Positions 38,001 through 46,786 of a stretch of DNA of 64,000 bases are shown here, in pieces. Source of the stretch: an uncultured Pseudomonadota bacterium (lineage in GTDB: Bacteria > Pseudomonadota > Alphaproteobacteria > RF32 > CAG-239); the NCBI GenBank assembly GCA_902494875.1, contig CABUUO010000002.1, positions 166,671 through 230,670 of the forward strand, written 5' to 3'. Numbering within the stretch: the first letter of the stretch is position 1; each line of letters begins with the position of its first letter. The translations under genes were made by a program, and so were the position numbers. The notes under the pieces were generated by a model. That model had not been told where the DNA came from, did not search any database, and worked only from the letters and a program-made list of their open reading frames with translations.

Positions 38001-39689
38001 ATGGCCGAAATTGACAAGAGATTTGACATTCATGAAATAGCCGCTGCCAAAAAACAGGATTTGGAGCGGTTTGTTTGTAATATTTACTGCTGCCACTCAA
38101 CGGGGTGCAAGTCTTCGGGCAGCGACGACATTATCGATCTGATTAAAGAAGCCATTGAAGAGCATGACCTTGAAGACAGAGTGCGAATCGTGGCGACCGG
38201 CTGTATGGGCCTTTGCGCGCAGGGGCCGCTGGTGCGGGTTGAGATTAAAGGCCAGAAAGACGTTTTGTATAAAAGGCTGGAACCGCTGGTTGCACGGCTG
38301 ATTGTTACTGAGCATATCGTTCCGGCGCTTAAGCTGGAAAAAGGCGAGGAATTTCAGGTTCCCGAATTTTTGCAGAAATACGTTTTGTCTTTGGAGCTGC
38401 CGTTTTTCACCAAGCAGGAAAAGGTGGTTTTGAAGGACGCCGGCAACCTTGATCCGGAAGATATTCAGGAATATATTGCCCACGGCGGATATCTGGCTTT
38501 GGAAAAAGTTTTGAAAACCATGAAACCTGCGGACGTGGTTGCGGAAATCAAAAAGTCCGGTTTGCGCGGACGCGGCGGCGGCGGTTTTTCTACCGGCATG
38601 AAATGGGAGATTGCCTCCAGAACGCCGACGGTTGACGAAAAGTTTATTATCTGCAACGGCGACGAGGGCGATCCCGGCGCCTATATGGACCGCAGCATTC
38701 TGGAAGGAAATCCGCACGCAGTGATTGAAGGCATGATGATTGCGGCCTATGCCATCGGCGCAACGGAAGGATGGTTTTATGTCCGCGCCGAATATCCGCT
38801 GGCCGTCGAGCGTCTGGAAAAAGCGATTAAGGCCTGCAAGAAGACCAGACTGCTCGGCAACAACATCATGGGCACGGATTTTTCTTTTAACATAGACGTT
38901 CGCCTCGGCGCCGGCGCTTTTGTCTGCGGCGAGGAAACCGCTTTAATCCGCTCAATTGAAGGCAACCGAGGCACACCGCGTCCGCGTCCGCCGTATCCGA
39001 CTGACAGGGGGTTGTGGAACAAACCTTCCTGCGTAAACAACGTCGAAACGCTGGCCAACGTGGCGAGCATTATTCTTAAAGGCGCCGACTGGTTTGCTTC
39101 TTTCGGTACCGAAACGTCCAAAGGAACCAAGGTTTTTGCCCTGACCGGACAGGTTGAGCATTCGGGACTGATTGAAGTGCCGATGGGAATTACCATTAAC
39201 GAAATCGTCAATGAAATCGGCGGCGGTGTTCCGAACGGTAAAAAACTGAAAGCGGTGCAAACCGGCGGCCCTTCCGGCGGCGTTATTCCCGCGGACAAGC
39301 TGGATTTGCCGGTTTGTTACGAGGAACTCAAAAAAGTCGGTTCCATTATGGGGTCCGGCGGTATGATCGTGATGGACGACAGTTCCAACATGGTCGACAT
39401 TGCTAATTTTTATCTTGATTTTACGGTTGACGAATCCTGCGGAAAATGCGCGCCGTGCCGTATCGGCGGCAAGCAGATGCTGCTTTTGCTTGAGAAAATA
39501 AACAAAGGCAAGGGTACCAAACAGGATATTGCCGATTTGAAGCGGATTGCAACCGCAATGCAAAAGGCTTCTCTGTGCGGATTGGGGCAGACTGCTCCGA
39601 ATCCGGTTCTTTCAACGCTGCGCTTCTTTGAAGACGAGTATCTGGCCAAAGTCGGCGAAACTAAAGAAAACAGAGCGGGGGAGAAATAA
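38001..39689 (+). CDS. hydB: [FeFe]-hydrogenase beta subunit HydB (NuoF / 51-kDa-subunit-like NAD(H)-binding flavoprotein with extra N-terminal 2Fe-2S and C-terminal 4Fe-4S domains).
   Basis: N-terminal CHSTGC...TGCMGLC. FMN/NADH site RGRGGGGFSTGMKW and the GDEGDPGA motif. C-terminal CGKCAPCR. The start at 38001 is preceded by GGAG. Confidence 0.85.
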   Translation: MAEIDKRFDIHEIAAAKKQDLERFVCNIYCCHSTGCKSSGSDDIIDLIKEAIEEHDLEDRVRIVATGCMGLCAQGPLVRVEIKGQKDVLYKRLEPLVARLIVTEHIVPALKLEKGEEFQVPEFLQKYVLSLELPFFTKQEKVVLKDAGNLDPEDIQEYIAHGGYLALEKVLKTMKPADVVAEIKKSGLRGRGGGGFSTGMKWEIASRTPTVDEKFIICNGDEGDPGAYMDRSILEGNPHAVIEGMMIAAYAIGATEGWFYVRAEYPLAVERLEKAIKACKKTRLLGNNIMGTDFSFNIDVRLGAGAFVCGEETALIRSIEGNRGTPRPRPPYPTDRGLWNKPSCVNNVETLANVASIILKGADWFASFGTETSKGTKVFALTGQVEHSGLIEVPMGITINEIVNEIGGGVPNGKKLKAVQTGGPSGGVIPADKLDLPVCYEELKKVGSIMGSGGMIVMDDSSNMVDIANFYLDFTVDESCGKCAPCRIGGKQMLLLLEKINKGKGTKQDIADLKRIATAMQKASLCGLGQTAPNPVLSTLRFFEDEYLAKVGETKENRAGEK

Positions 39690-39690
39690 G

Positions 39691-41460
39691 ATGGTAAATT
39701 TGAAAATAGATAATTTTGACGTTGATGTTCCGGCCGGCACCTCTATTTTAGATGCGGCGAGAACGGTGCAGATTGACATTCCGACCCTGTGCAAACATCC
39801 CGACGTCGATCCGTCCGCCGGCTGCGGCATTTGCATCGTCAAGGTTAACGGAAGGATTATGCGTTCCTGTTGTACGCCGGTAGCCGAAGGAATGCAGGTT
39901 ATTACTTCCGATCCGGAAATTGTGAGTGTGCGGCGGACGGTTCTGGAATTGATTTTAAGCAATCACCCGAACGAATGCCTGAACTGTATTCGTTCCGGTC
40001 ACTGCGAGTTGCAGGATCTGACCAATACTTTCGGTATTCGCAGTTCCAATCTGCTGAGCCTGAATAAAAAATATGAGATTGACGATTCAACGCATTCGAT
40101 TGTTTTGGATCCGTCCAAGTGCATAGTCTGCGGCCGCTGCGTGGAAGTCTGCCAAAATCAGCAGAACGTATGGGCTTTGAGTTATCTTAACCGCGGTCTG
40201 GCCACTAAAATTACGGCAGCCGGCGGCATTAAGCTGGCGGACAGCCCCTGTATCAAATGCGGACAATGTTCGGCGCATTGTCCGACCGGTGCGATTGTCG
40301 AATATGACGAGACGCAGAAGGTTTGGGATATGCTGGCAGATCCGGAGCTGGTGACGATCGTGCAGATTGCGCCGGCGGTACGCGTAGCCATCGGCGAAGA
40401 GTTCGGCTATGATTTTGGCGAGAATCTGACCGGAAAAACCTATGCGGCGCTGCGTCGTCTCGGTTTTAACAAAATTTTTGATACAAACTTCGGTGCGGAC
40501 TTGACGATTATTGAGGAAGCGACGGAGTTTGTCCGTCGCTTTACCAAGGAACCGGAATCGCTGCCGATGTTTACGTCTTGCTGTCCGGCCTGGGTGGATA
40601 TGCTAGAAAAATATCATCAGGATATGATTCCTAATTTTTCGACCTGCAAATCGCCGCAATCGATGGTGGGGGCAATGGCCAAGACCTATTATGCCGAGAA
40701 AAATGCCATTGATCCGGCTAAAATCCGCGTGATTTCGGTAATGCCGTGCACGGCCAAAAAATGGGAAATTGTCCGTAGCGAAGATATGCGTTCTTCCGGT
40801 TTTCAGGATGTTGACGTATCGATCACGACCCGAGAACTGGCAAGGATGATTAAACAGGCCGGCATCAATTTCCGTGCTCTGCCGGAGGAAAAGGCGGATA
40901 ATCCGCTGGGCGAATATTCCGGTGCGGCAACGATTTTCGGTACAACCGGCGGCGTTATGACCGCGGCGCTCAGAACCGCTTATTTCTATATTACCGGCGA
41001 AGAACTTGAAAATATTGACTTTAAGGAAATCGACGGTTTGGAAGGCGTCAAAGAGGCCGAGGTCGACATTAAGGGGATCAAGGTCAGGATAGCCGTTGCC
41101 CATGGTGCCGGCAATGTCGAAACCGTGTTGAACCGTATTCGCGAAGCCAAGGCCAACGGCGAAGAGCTGCCATATCACTTTGTAGAGGTTATGGCCTGCC
41201 GCGGCGGTTGTGTTTCCGGCGGCGGTCAGCCGCGGGTTATGATGCCGGGACAGCCTAAACCGCGCGGGATTACCGACGACATTCGCAAGAAACGGGCACA
41301 GGGTCTGCTGAATGAAGATTTGCAGGCTAAAAACCGTCGTTCGCATCATAACGAATCGATAAAAACGCTGTATAAGGAATATCTGGGTGAGCCCAACGGG
41401 GAAAAATCGCATCATTTGCTGCATACGCATTATGAACCCCGCCGCAAATATTCCAAATAA
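39691..41460 (+). CDS. hydA: [FeFe]-hydrogenase catalytic subunit HydA (M3-type: N-terminal 2Fe-2S domain, His-ligated 4Fe-4S, two ferredoxin-like 4Fe-4S sites, then the H-cluster domain).
   Basis: H-cluster signature motifs L1 TSCCPAW, L2 MPCTAKK and L3 EVMACRGGCVSGGGQP are all present. N-terminal CKHPDVDPSAGCGICIV, CIVCGRCVEVC and CIKCGQCSAHCP. The start ATG at 39691 follows the hydB stop by 1 nt. Confidence 0.9.
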   Translation: MVNLKIDNFDVDVPAGTSILDAARTVQIDIPTLCKHPDVDPSAGCGICIVKVNGRIMRSCCTPVAEGMQVITSDPEIVSVRRTVLELILSNHPNECLNCIRSGHCELQDLTNTFGIRSSNLLSLNKKYEIDDSTHSIVLDPSKCIVCGRCVEVCQNQQNVWALSYLNRGLATKITAAGGIKLADSPCIKCGQCSAHCPTGAIVEYDETQKVWDMLADPELVTIVQIAPAVRVAIGEEFGYDFGENLTGKTYAALRRLGFNKIFDTNFGADLTIIEEATEFVRRFTKEPESLPMFTSCCPAWVDMLEKYHQDMIPNFSTCKSPQSMVGAMAKTYYAEKNAIDPAKIRVISVMPCTAKKWEIVRSEDMRSSGFQDVDVSITTRELARMIKQAGINFRALPEEKADNPLGEYSGAATIFGTTGGVMTAALRTAYFYITGEELENIDFKEIDGLEGVKEAEVDIKGIKVRIAVAHGAGNVETVLNRIREAKANGEELPYHFVEVMACRGGCVSGGGQPRVMMPGQPKPRGITDDIRKKRAQGLLNEDLQAKNRRSHHNESIKTLYKEYLGEPNGEKSHHLLHTHYEPRRKYSK

Positions 41461-41482
41461 CGTTTTGTTGCGGAAATAAAAA

Positions 41483-41521
41483 AGACACGCCGGGGACAGA
41501 TGTCCGAGGCGTGTTTTTTTT
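41483..41521. terminator. Bidirectional intrinsic terminator after hydA (AGACACGCC ... GGCGTGT followed by T8). The same hairpin also serves the convergent minus-strand gene.
   Basis: Stem with an internal sub-hairpin GGACAGATGTCC. A T-run follows on the plus strand and an A-run precedes it (a T-run on the minus strand). Confidence 0.65.
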
Positions 41522-41535
41522 GAAGAGCAGCCGCG

Positions 41536-42642
41536 TTATAAAATAATATGCGGAACAAAGTTGCTCATATTATGGGTTATGCGGGAAGCGGTTTCCCTGA
41601 TTCCCATGCCACAGGGGGCACCGCCGATAATCCAGCTGCCCAAGACGGGATAACGGCATTGAAACGAAGGAATATCCACCAGTTCCTGATAAACGTGGCC
41701 TTCTTTACCGTATTCTCCTCCGGTGCTTTCCAGAACCAGTCCGTTGCGAATCAGTTCAATATTGGCACCTTCGCGGGAGAACACCGGTTTCTTACAATAA
41801 GACTTCAAGTGTCCTGGTTCGCTGTAAGCCGGCAGAATATAAGGACTGTCCGGAAACATTTCATATAAAACAGACAGCATGGCCTTGTTGGACATGAGGG
41901 ATTTCCAGAGCGGCTCAATCCAGCACATCGGCGTCATACATCCTTCCGGGTCTTCTTCAAACATCGTTTCCCAGGGATAAAGTTTGAACATACAGTCAAT
42001 AGGAATATCTTCCTGCAGATAGAGGGCGTTGCCAAAGTGTTCGACATTGCGGATATCCGTTTCGCTGACCGAAAGTCCGGCCTCGACGGCGGTGGAGATA
42101 ATATAAGCCAAAGTAGCGTTATCTTCCAGACAATCCGAAATTGAGGCAAATACATAGTTTTCGCATTTATATACCTGATGAATGTCTTTCCACGACTGAA
42201 CCAATGCCTCATGAAGATAATTAAACTGGTCTGCCTGCGGAAACAGGTCCTGTTTCCACTGCCATTGGATGACGGCGGCTTCTATCAGCGAGGTCGGTGT
42301 GTCGGCATTGAATTCCAGAAGTTTGGGAATGCCGTTGACAAAAGCAAAATCAAAGCGGCCGTATAAAGACAAGTCGTCGTCTTCCCAGCTTTGGCGGATG
42401 CTGTTTCTGAGAAGCGGCGGAATGTGCAGGCGGTCAAGTTTTTTGTCATCGTAAAGGCAGGTCTCTACGGCATCGCAGTACATTTGGTAACATTCGCGGC
42501 TGGCTTTTTCTATTTCGGCGATTTCTTCGGCCGAAAAAATATAATAAGCGTTTTCAAGCCAATATTCCTGATGAAAACCGAAACCTAAGTTCTCGACGGT
42601 CTTTTCGTAACCGGGGCGAGGCGTAATCATGTTTCTTTCCAT
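41536..42642 (-). CDS. Glutathionylspermidine synthase-like ATP-grasp family protein (GspS C-terminal-domain homologue; YgiC/YjfC-like). The longer ORF reaches 42873.
   Basis: Likely start is MERNMITPRPGYEK. The sequence resembles the GSP-synthetase pre-ATP-grasp/ATP-grasp family (LIEAAVIQWQW..., C-terminal ...GSWIIGG). Confidence 0.55.
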   Translation of the reverse strand: MERNMITPRPGYEKTVENLGFGFHQEYWLENAYYIFSAEEIAEIEKASRECYQMYCDAVETCLYDDKKLDRLHIPPLLRNSIRQSWEDDDLSLYGRFDFAFVNGIPKLLEFNADTPTSLIEAAVIQWQWKQDLFPQADQFNYLHEALVQSWKDIHQVYKCENYVFASISDCLEDNATLAYIISTAVEAGLSVSETDIRNVEHFGNALYLQEDIPIDCMFKLYPWETMFEEDPEGCMTPMCWIEPLWKSLMSNKAMLSVLYEMFPDSPYILPAYSEPGHLKSYCKKPVFSREGANIELIRNGLVLESTGGEYGKEGHVYQELVDIPSFQCRYPVLGSWIIGGAPCGMGIRETASRITHNMSNFVPHIIL

Positions 42643-42646
42643 AATG

Positions 42647-43045
42647 TTACGCGCCGAAAGAACGAGACGGGCTGACACTTTTTCCGAAAGAGCGGCTCGC
42701 CGGTTTAGAACTGCTGTTGTAAGATCTCGTCGATGAGGATGAATTCGGTTTGACCGAAGCCGGACGATAGGTTGATTCACTGATACCGGTCGGCGGATTG
42801 ACTTTTGTGCCGCTGCCGTTGGTCCAAGAATTGCTGCCCGGATAGTAGTAGTAAGACGGAGAACCGCCGCCATGAGGCATCAACGCCCATCTCATCAGAG
42901 CTGCGTTGTAAATCCAAGAGTTTCCCTGAGAATCAACGTGTTTTTCCTTATCTTTGGGATTTTGGGGCAGAGTGTCTTTCTGCGTGCAGGAAATGAAAAA
43001 AGATAAACTTAATCCTGCAATTAACAAAAATTTTAATTTCTTCAT
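42647..43045 (-). CDS. Small secreted protein / probable lipoprotein, rich in Ser/Tyr/Pro/Gly.
   Basis: N-terminal MKKLKFLLIAGLSLSFFISC: a signal peptide with a lipobox-like Cys. Low-complexity mature part. Confidence 0.4.
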   Translation of the reverse strand: MKKLKFLLIAGLSLSFFISCTQKDTLPQNPKDKEKHVDSQGNSWIYNAALMRWALMPHGGGSPSYYYYPGSNSWTNGSGTKVNPPTGISESTYRPASVKPNSSSSTRSYNSSSKPASRSFGKSVSPSRSFGA

Positions 43046-43212
43046 AAATTGTAATTTTTAATAATTAGACAAAATATAAATCTCAGTATTTATTTTTATT
43101 TATAACTTTGCAAAAGTCAATCTTTTTGGCAGGAAACTTTTCTTCTTTACAAATTGTGTATATGTAATAGACTGAATAATCATAAAATATTCAGCTAAAG
43201 GGAGGTGCGGTT

Positions 43213-43719
43213 ATGAAAATACGCAAGGCGGAAATCTCTGATGCAGAAGCAATCATGAAAATTAATGTCGATACCTGGCAGCAGGCTTATCGGGGGCTGA
43301 TGCCCGACGACGTTCTGGAACAACGCGTCTGTTCTCCAGAACGGGCCGAAAGATGGCGAAAAAATATCAAAAAGACTTTAAGCGGGGCGACGGCCATTTA
43401 TGTCGCCGAGGATGAAAACAGCCGATTGGCCGGGTTTGTCTGGGGCGGCGAAAGCAGGGACGGCAATGTTCCGCGGCATATTGAACTTTATGCTTTTTAT
43501 GTTCATCCCGAAGCCCAGAAAAAAGGTTACGGCAAGGCTTTGTTTGAAGCTTTTCGGAAGTATGCGGCCGGAAAGTTTTATTTATATATGCTGGAGGGCA
43601 ATAAACAGGCTCAGAACTTTTATAAAAGAACCGGCGGCGTGCTTATGCCTCAGTTTGCCAAGGAAAGTTCTCACAGCGGTTCCAAACGGCTGAAAGAAGT
43701 CTGCTGGTTTTTTGAATAG
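43213..43719 (+). CDS. GNAT-family N-acetyltransferase.
   Basis: 168 aa. Acetyl-CoA-binding-like motif (Q/R-x-x-G-x-G/A), seen in QKKGYGKAL. Confidence 0.7.
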   Translation: MKIRKAEISDAEAIMKINVDTWQQAYRGLMPDDVLEQRVCSPERAERWRKNIKKTLSGATAIYVAEDENSRLAGFVWGGESRDGNVPRHIELYAFYVHPEAQKKGYGKALFEAFRKYAAGKFYLYMLEGNKQAQNFYKRTGGVLMPQFAKESSHSGSKRLKEVCWFFE

Positions 43720-43727
43720 GTGAAAAA

Positions 43728-44228
43728 ATGAAGAAAGTATTTTGGGCTTTGGTTGCTTTAATATTTTTGCCTGCTTTTGTATCCGGTGATATGATTCAGT
43801 TAATGGATGCGCTTAAAAAGGATGAAAAACCGCGGATTGAAGAATTAATAAACAGCAAAAATATTGATTTAAATAGCGGTTTTGAAAATCTTTTGGTGGT
43901 TTATCTCTATGCGAAAGAAAAAAATGCTGAGCTTGAATTTGTCCGTTATCTGCTAGACAAAGGAGTTAATCCGGATTATGCGCCGGGGATTCCGGCAATA
44001 GACATTGCTATTATGCAAGGACGGAGCGACATTGTTTCTTTGTTGATTGAAAAAGGTGCGGATGTTAATATAATTGAAAAACGCAAGGGTTTTTCACCGT
44101 TGGGAATGGCTTTGCTTGTCAGGGATTGCAAGGTGGCGGATATGTTGAAAAAAGCCGGTGCTGTTTTAGATAAAGACAGCCGCAAAGATGTCTTGTTCAT
44201 CAGGGAGCGGGAGTGTTTTGGCGGATAA
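43728..44228 (+). CDS. Secreted ankyrin-repeat protein.
   Basis: Signal peptide MKKVFWALVALIFLPAFVSG. Ankyrin-like repeat units (e.g. ...GVNPDYAPGIPAIDIAIMQGRSDIVSLLIEKGADVN...) spanning about three repeats. Confidence 0.7.
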   Translation: MKKVFWALVALIFLPAFVSGDMIQLMDALKKDEKPRIEELINSKNIDLNSGFENLLVVYLYAKEKNAELEFVRYLLDKGVNPDYAPGIPAIDIAIMQGRSDIVSLLIEKGADVNIIEKRKGFSPLGMALLVRDCKVADMLKKAGAVLDKDSRKDVLFIRERECFGG

Positions 44229-44258
44229 AAAAACGGAGGAAAATCCTCCGTTTTTTTT
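44227..44258. terminator. Bidirectional intrinsic terminator between the ankyrin gene and fabG (ACGGAGG-AAAAT-CCTCCGT followed by T8, preceded by A7).
   Basis: Hairpin and flanking A- and T-runs read directly from the sequence. Confidence 0.65.
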
Positions 44259-44277
44259 ATGAATTGTCTTTAGACAA

Positions 44278-45015
44278 TTAAATCATCGCCATACCGCCGT
44301 TGATGTTGATGGTCTGGCCAGTAATGTACTGAGCTTCGTCAGAGGCCAAGAAAGCAACAACATTGGCAATATCCTGAGCTTCGCCGAGTTTGCCTTCGGG
44401 AATTTTGGCCAGCAGGGCGGCCTTTACGTCTTCAGGCAGAACGTCTGTCATCGGCGTACGGATGAAGCCCGGTGCGATCGAGTTTACGGTAATGCCGCGG
44501 GAGCCGACTTCTTGAGCCAGACATTTGTTCATGGCAATCATACCGGCTTTGGAAGCGGAATAGTTGGCCTGTCCGGCGTTGCCGGTAACGCCGACAACGG
44601 AAGCGATGCCGATAATGCGTCCGAAACGGCGTTTCATCATGCCGCGGACGGCTGCTTTGGCCAGTTTGAAACCGGCAGACAGGTTAACATCCAATACCAG
44701 CTGCCAGTCTTCGTCGCTCATGCGCATAAACAGATTGTCGCGGGTCAGACCGGCATTGTTGACCAGAATGTCAATGCGGCCGAGTTTTTCTTCAACGTTG
44801 GCGACCAGATTTTTAACATCTTCGGCATTGGTCAGGTTAGCGGTGAAAACCTCTACTCTGTCGCCGAGTTCGGCTTTGAGCTTGAGCATCGGTTCTTCGC
44901 GCATATCGGTTAAGGCCAAGGTTGCGCCCTGTTTGTGCAGGGTGCGGGCAATCTTGTCGCCCAAGCCGCCGGCAGCGCCGGTGATGAGGGCTACTTTATC
45001 GTGTAATTCAAACAT
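44278..45015 (-). CDS. fabG: 3-oxoacyl-[acyl-carrier-protein] reductase FabG.
   Basis: SDR motifs TGAAGGLG, NNAG and the catalytic YSASKAG. Length 245 aa. Confidence 0.9.
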   Translation of the reverse strand: MFELHDKVALITGAAGGLGDKIARTLHKQGATLALTDMREEPMLKLKAELGDRVEVFTANLTNAEDVKNLVANVEEKLGRIDILVNNAGLTRDNLFMRMSDEDWQLVLDVNLSAGFKLAKAAVRGMMKRRFGRIIGIASVVGVTGNAGQANYSASKAGMIAMNKCLAQEVGSRGITVNSIAPGFIRTPMTDVLPEDVKAALLAKIPEGKLGEAQDIANVVAFLASDEAQYITGQTININGGMAMI

Positions 45016-45061
45016 ATTATCTCTCCTTTAACGGTCTTGTCTGATGGATAACTAAAGCTGC

Positions 45062-45120
45062 AATCCGGTGCTCGCATCCTCACGTACTTCTATGTACGCT
45101 GTGGGGCTGCGCTCCGTATG
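45062..45120. repeat. Copy of a dispersed repeat of about 58 bp (core ATCCGGTGCTCGC.TCCTCACGTAC.T.TATGTACGCTG.GGG.CTG.GCTCCGT) in the fabG-fabD intergenic spacer.
   Basis: About 85% identical to the two copies at 62303..62372 and 62417..62470. Contains the palindromic core CACGTACG. Confidence 0.6.
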
Positions 45121-45170
45121 GCAACTTTATTTCTCACATCATCCAAAACCTCTTATCGTTAAAATTGCTG

Positions 45171-46124
45171 TTAATTTTGTAAATTCTTTGCCAATTCTTC
45201 AATTTCAGCCGGTGTGCCGACGGAAACGGCATTAATTTCCTTATCGCATCTTTTGACCAGACCGGACAATACTTTTCCGGCGCCGAGTTCGACCACGTCG
45301 GTGATACCGTTGTTTTTCATATAAGCAACGCTTTCTCTCCAACGAACCGAACCGGTTACCTGTTCAATCAAGTGTTTGATAATTTCTTCTTTTTTGCTGA
45401 TTGCCGAGGCCAAAACGTTGGCAATCAACGGAATTTCGGCATCAAGAGCGTTTACTTTGCCGAGAGCCGCGGCCATAACTTCTGCGGCCGGCTGCATTAA
45501 GGGGCTGTGAAACGGCGCGCTGACAGGAAGTTTCAGGCAGCGTTTGGCTCCGAATTCAGAACCGGCAATTTCAACCGCCTTGTCAATGGCTCCCATGTGT
45601 CCGGAAATGACAATCTGTCCGTCAGAGTTGTCATTGGCGGTAACGCAGACATTGTTGCCATCGGCACAGGCTTCAGCCAGTTTTTTGACATCGTCAAAAC
45701 CCAGGCCGATGACCGCGGCCATGCCGCCGACACCCAGCGGAACGGCTTTTTGCATGGCATCGCCGCGCGTGCGCAGCAGTCTGGCCGTGTCTGACAAAGA
45801 AAAAACGCCGGCGGCGCAGGCTGCGGAATATTCGCCGAGCGAATGTCCGGCCACAAAAGCCGCTTTGTCTTTTAACTTAATGCCGAATTCTTTTTCGAGA
45901 ACTTTTACCACAGCCATAGAGTTTGCCATCAGGGCAGGCTGGGCATTGCTGGTCATGGTCAGGTCTGTTTCGGGACCTTCAACCATAATTTTGAACAAGT
46001 CTTGATTTAAGGCTTCGTTGACTTCTTCGAAAACATCCTTGGCCGATTTGAAGTTTTCGGCCAGTTCTTTTCCCATGCCGACAAATTGAGAACCTTGTCC
46101 GGGGAATACGAAAGCTCTAGTCAT
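45171..46124 (-). CDS. fabD: Malonyl-CoA:ACP transacylase FabD.
   Basis: Active-site GHSLGE. Length 317 aa. Adjacent to fabG. Confidence 0.9.
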   Translation of the reverse strand: MTRAFVFPGQGSQFVGMGKELAENFKSAKDVFEEVNEALNQDLFKIMVEGPETDLTMTSNAQPALMANSMAVVKVLEKEFGIKLKDKAAFVAGHSLGEYSAACAAGVFSLSDTARLLRTRGDAMQKAVPLGVGGMAAVIGLGFDDVKKLAEACADGNNVCVTANDNSDGQIVISGHMGAIDKAVEIAGSEFGAKRCLKLPVSAPFHSPLMQPAAEVMAAALGKVNALDAEIPLIANVLASAISKKEEIIKHLIEQVTGSVRWRESVAYMKNNGITDVVELGAGKVLSGLVKRCDKEINAVSVGTPAEIEELAKNLQN

Positions 46125-46285
46125 TCAGTGTTTTCCTTATTATTAATATCGTGTCAAGCATTAGCGAATAATGCCGAAAAGTCAAGTTTTAAAAGCCTTT
46201 TATAAACCTTTATTAATCTCATCTTAAACAATGTCTGCTAGGATGCGCCCAAGATAAAAACAAGTTTTTTGAGAAAGGTTATAAT

Positions 46286-46744
46286 ATGTTTCAGCTGGTT
46301 CCGGGTTTGGCTCAGAAAGCCCACATAATTGATTTGAAACTATGTTCGGTTCTTTTTGAAGATAATGCTCTTTATCCTTGGATTATTTTGGTTCCGCGGG
46401 TCGAAAACGTTAAAAACATGACGTATCTTTGCATGGAAGACCGTCTGCAGCTGATGCGCGAAATGGATTTGTGCGAAGAGGTTATGAGCGAAAATTTTCC
46501 GCATGACCAGACTAATGTGGCGGCCATAGGCAACATTTGTCCGCAATTGCACGTGCATATCCTGTGCCGCCGGCAGGGAGATCCGGACTGGCCGACCACG
46601 GTGTGGAACAATCATTCCGAACCTTATGCTCCGGAAGCAAAAGAAGCGGCAATTGCCAAGATAAAAAAGGCGATTATGATTAAAAAAACGGATCCCAAAT
46701 ATATGCAGGGAATGCATATGCCGGATTACAGCACGCTGGATTGA
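46286..46744 (+). CDS. HIT-family (histidine triad) nucleotide hydrolase/transferase-like protein.
   Basis: Histidine triad-like QLHVHILCRR. Length 152 aa. Confidence 0.6.
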   Translation: MFQLVPGLAQKAHIIDLKLCSVLFEDNALYPWIILVPRVENVKNMTYLCMEDRLQLMREMDLCEEVMSENFPHDQTNVAAIGNICPQLHVHILCRRQGDPDWPTTVWNNHSEPYAPEAKEAAIAKIKKAIMIKKTDPKYMQGMHMPDYSTLD

Positions 46745-46786
46745 TTAATAATATTTTGACAATTCGGGCTTATAATTTTCCCGTAA

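Noticed and set aside
40603-41430. 275-aa minus-strand ORF inside hydA
   Set aside because: It is antisense to hydA, whose frame carries all H-cluster motifs. It has no independent support.
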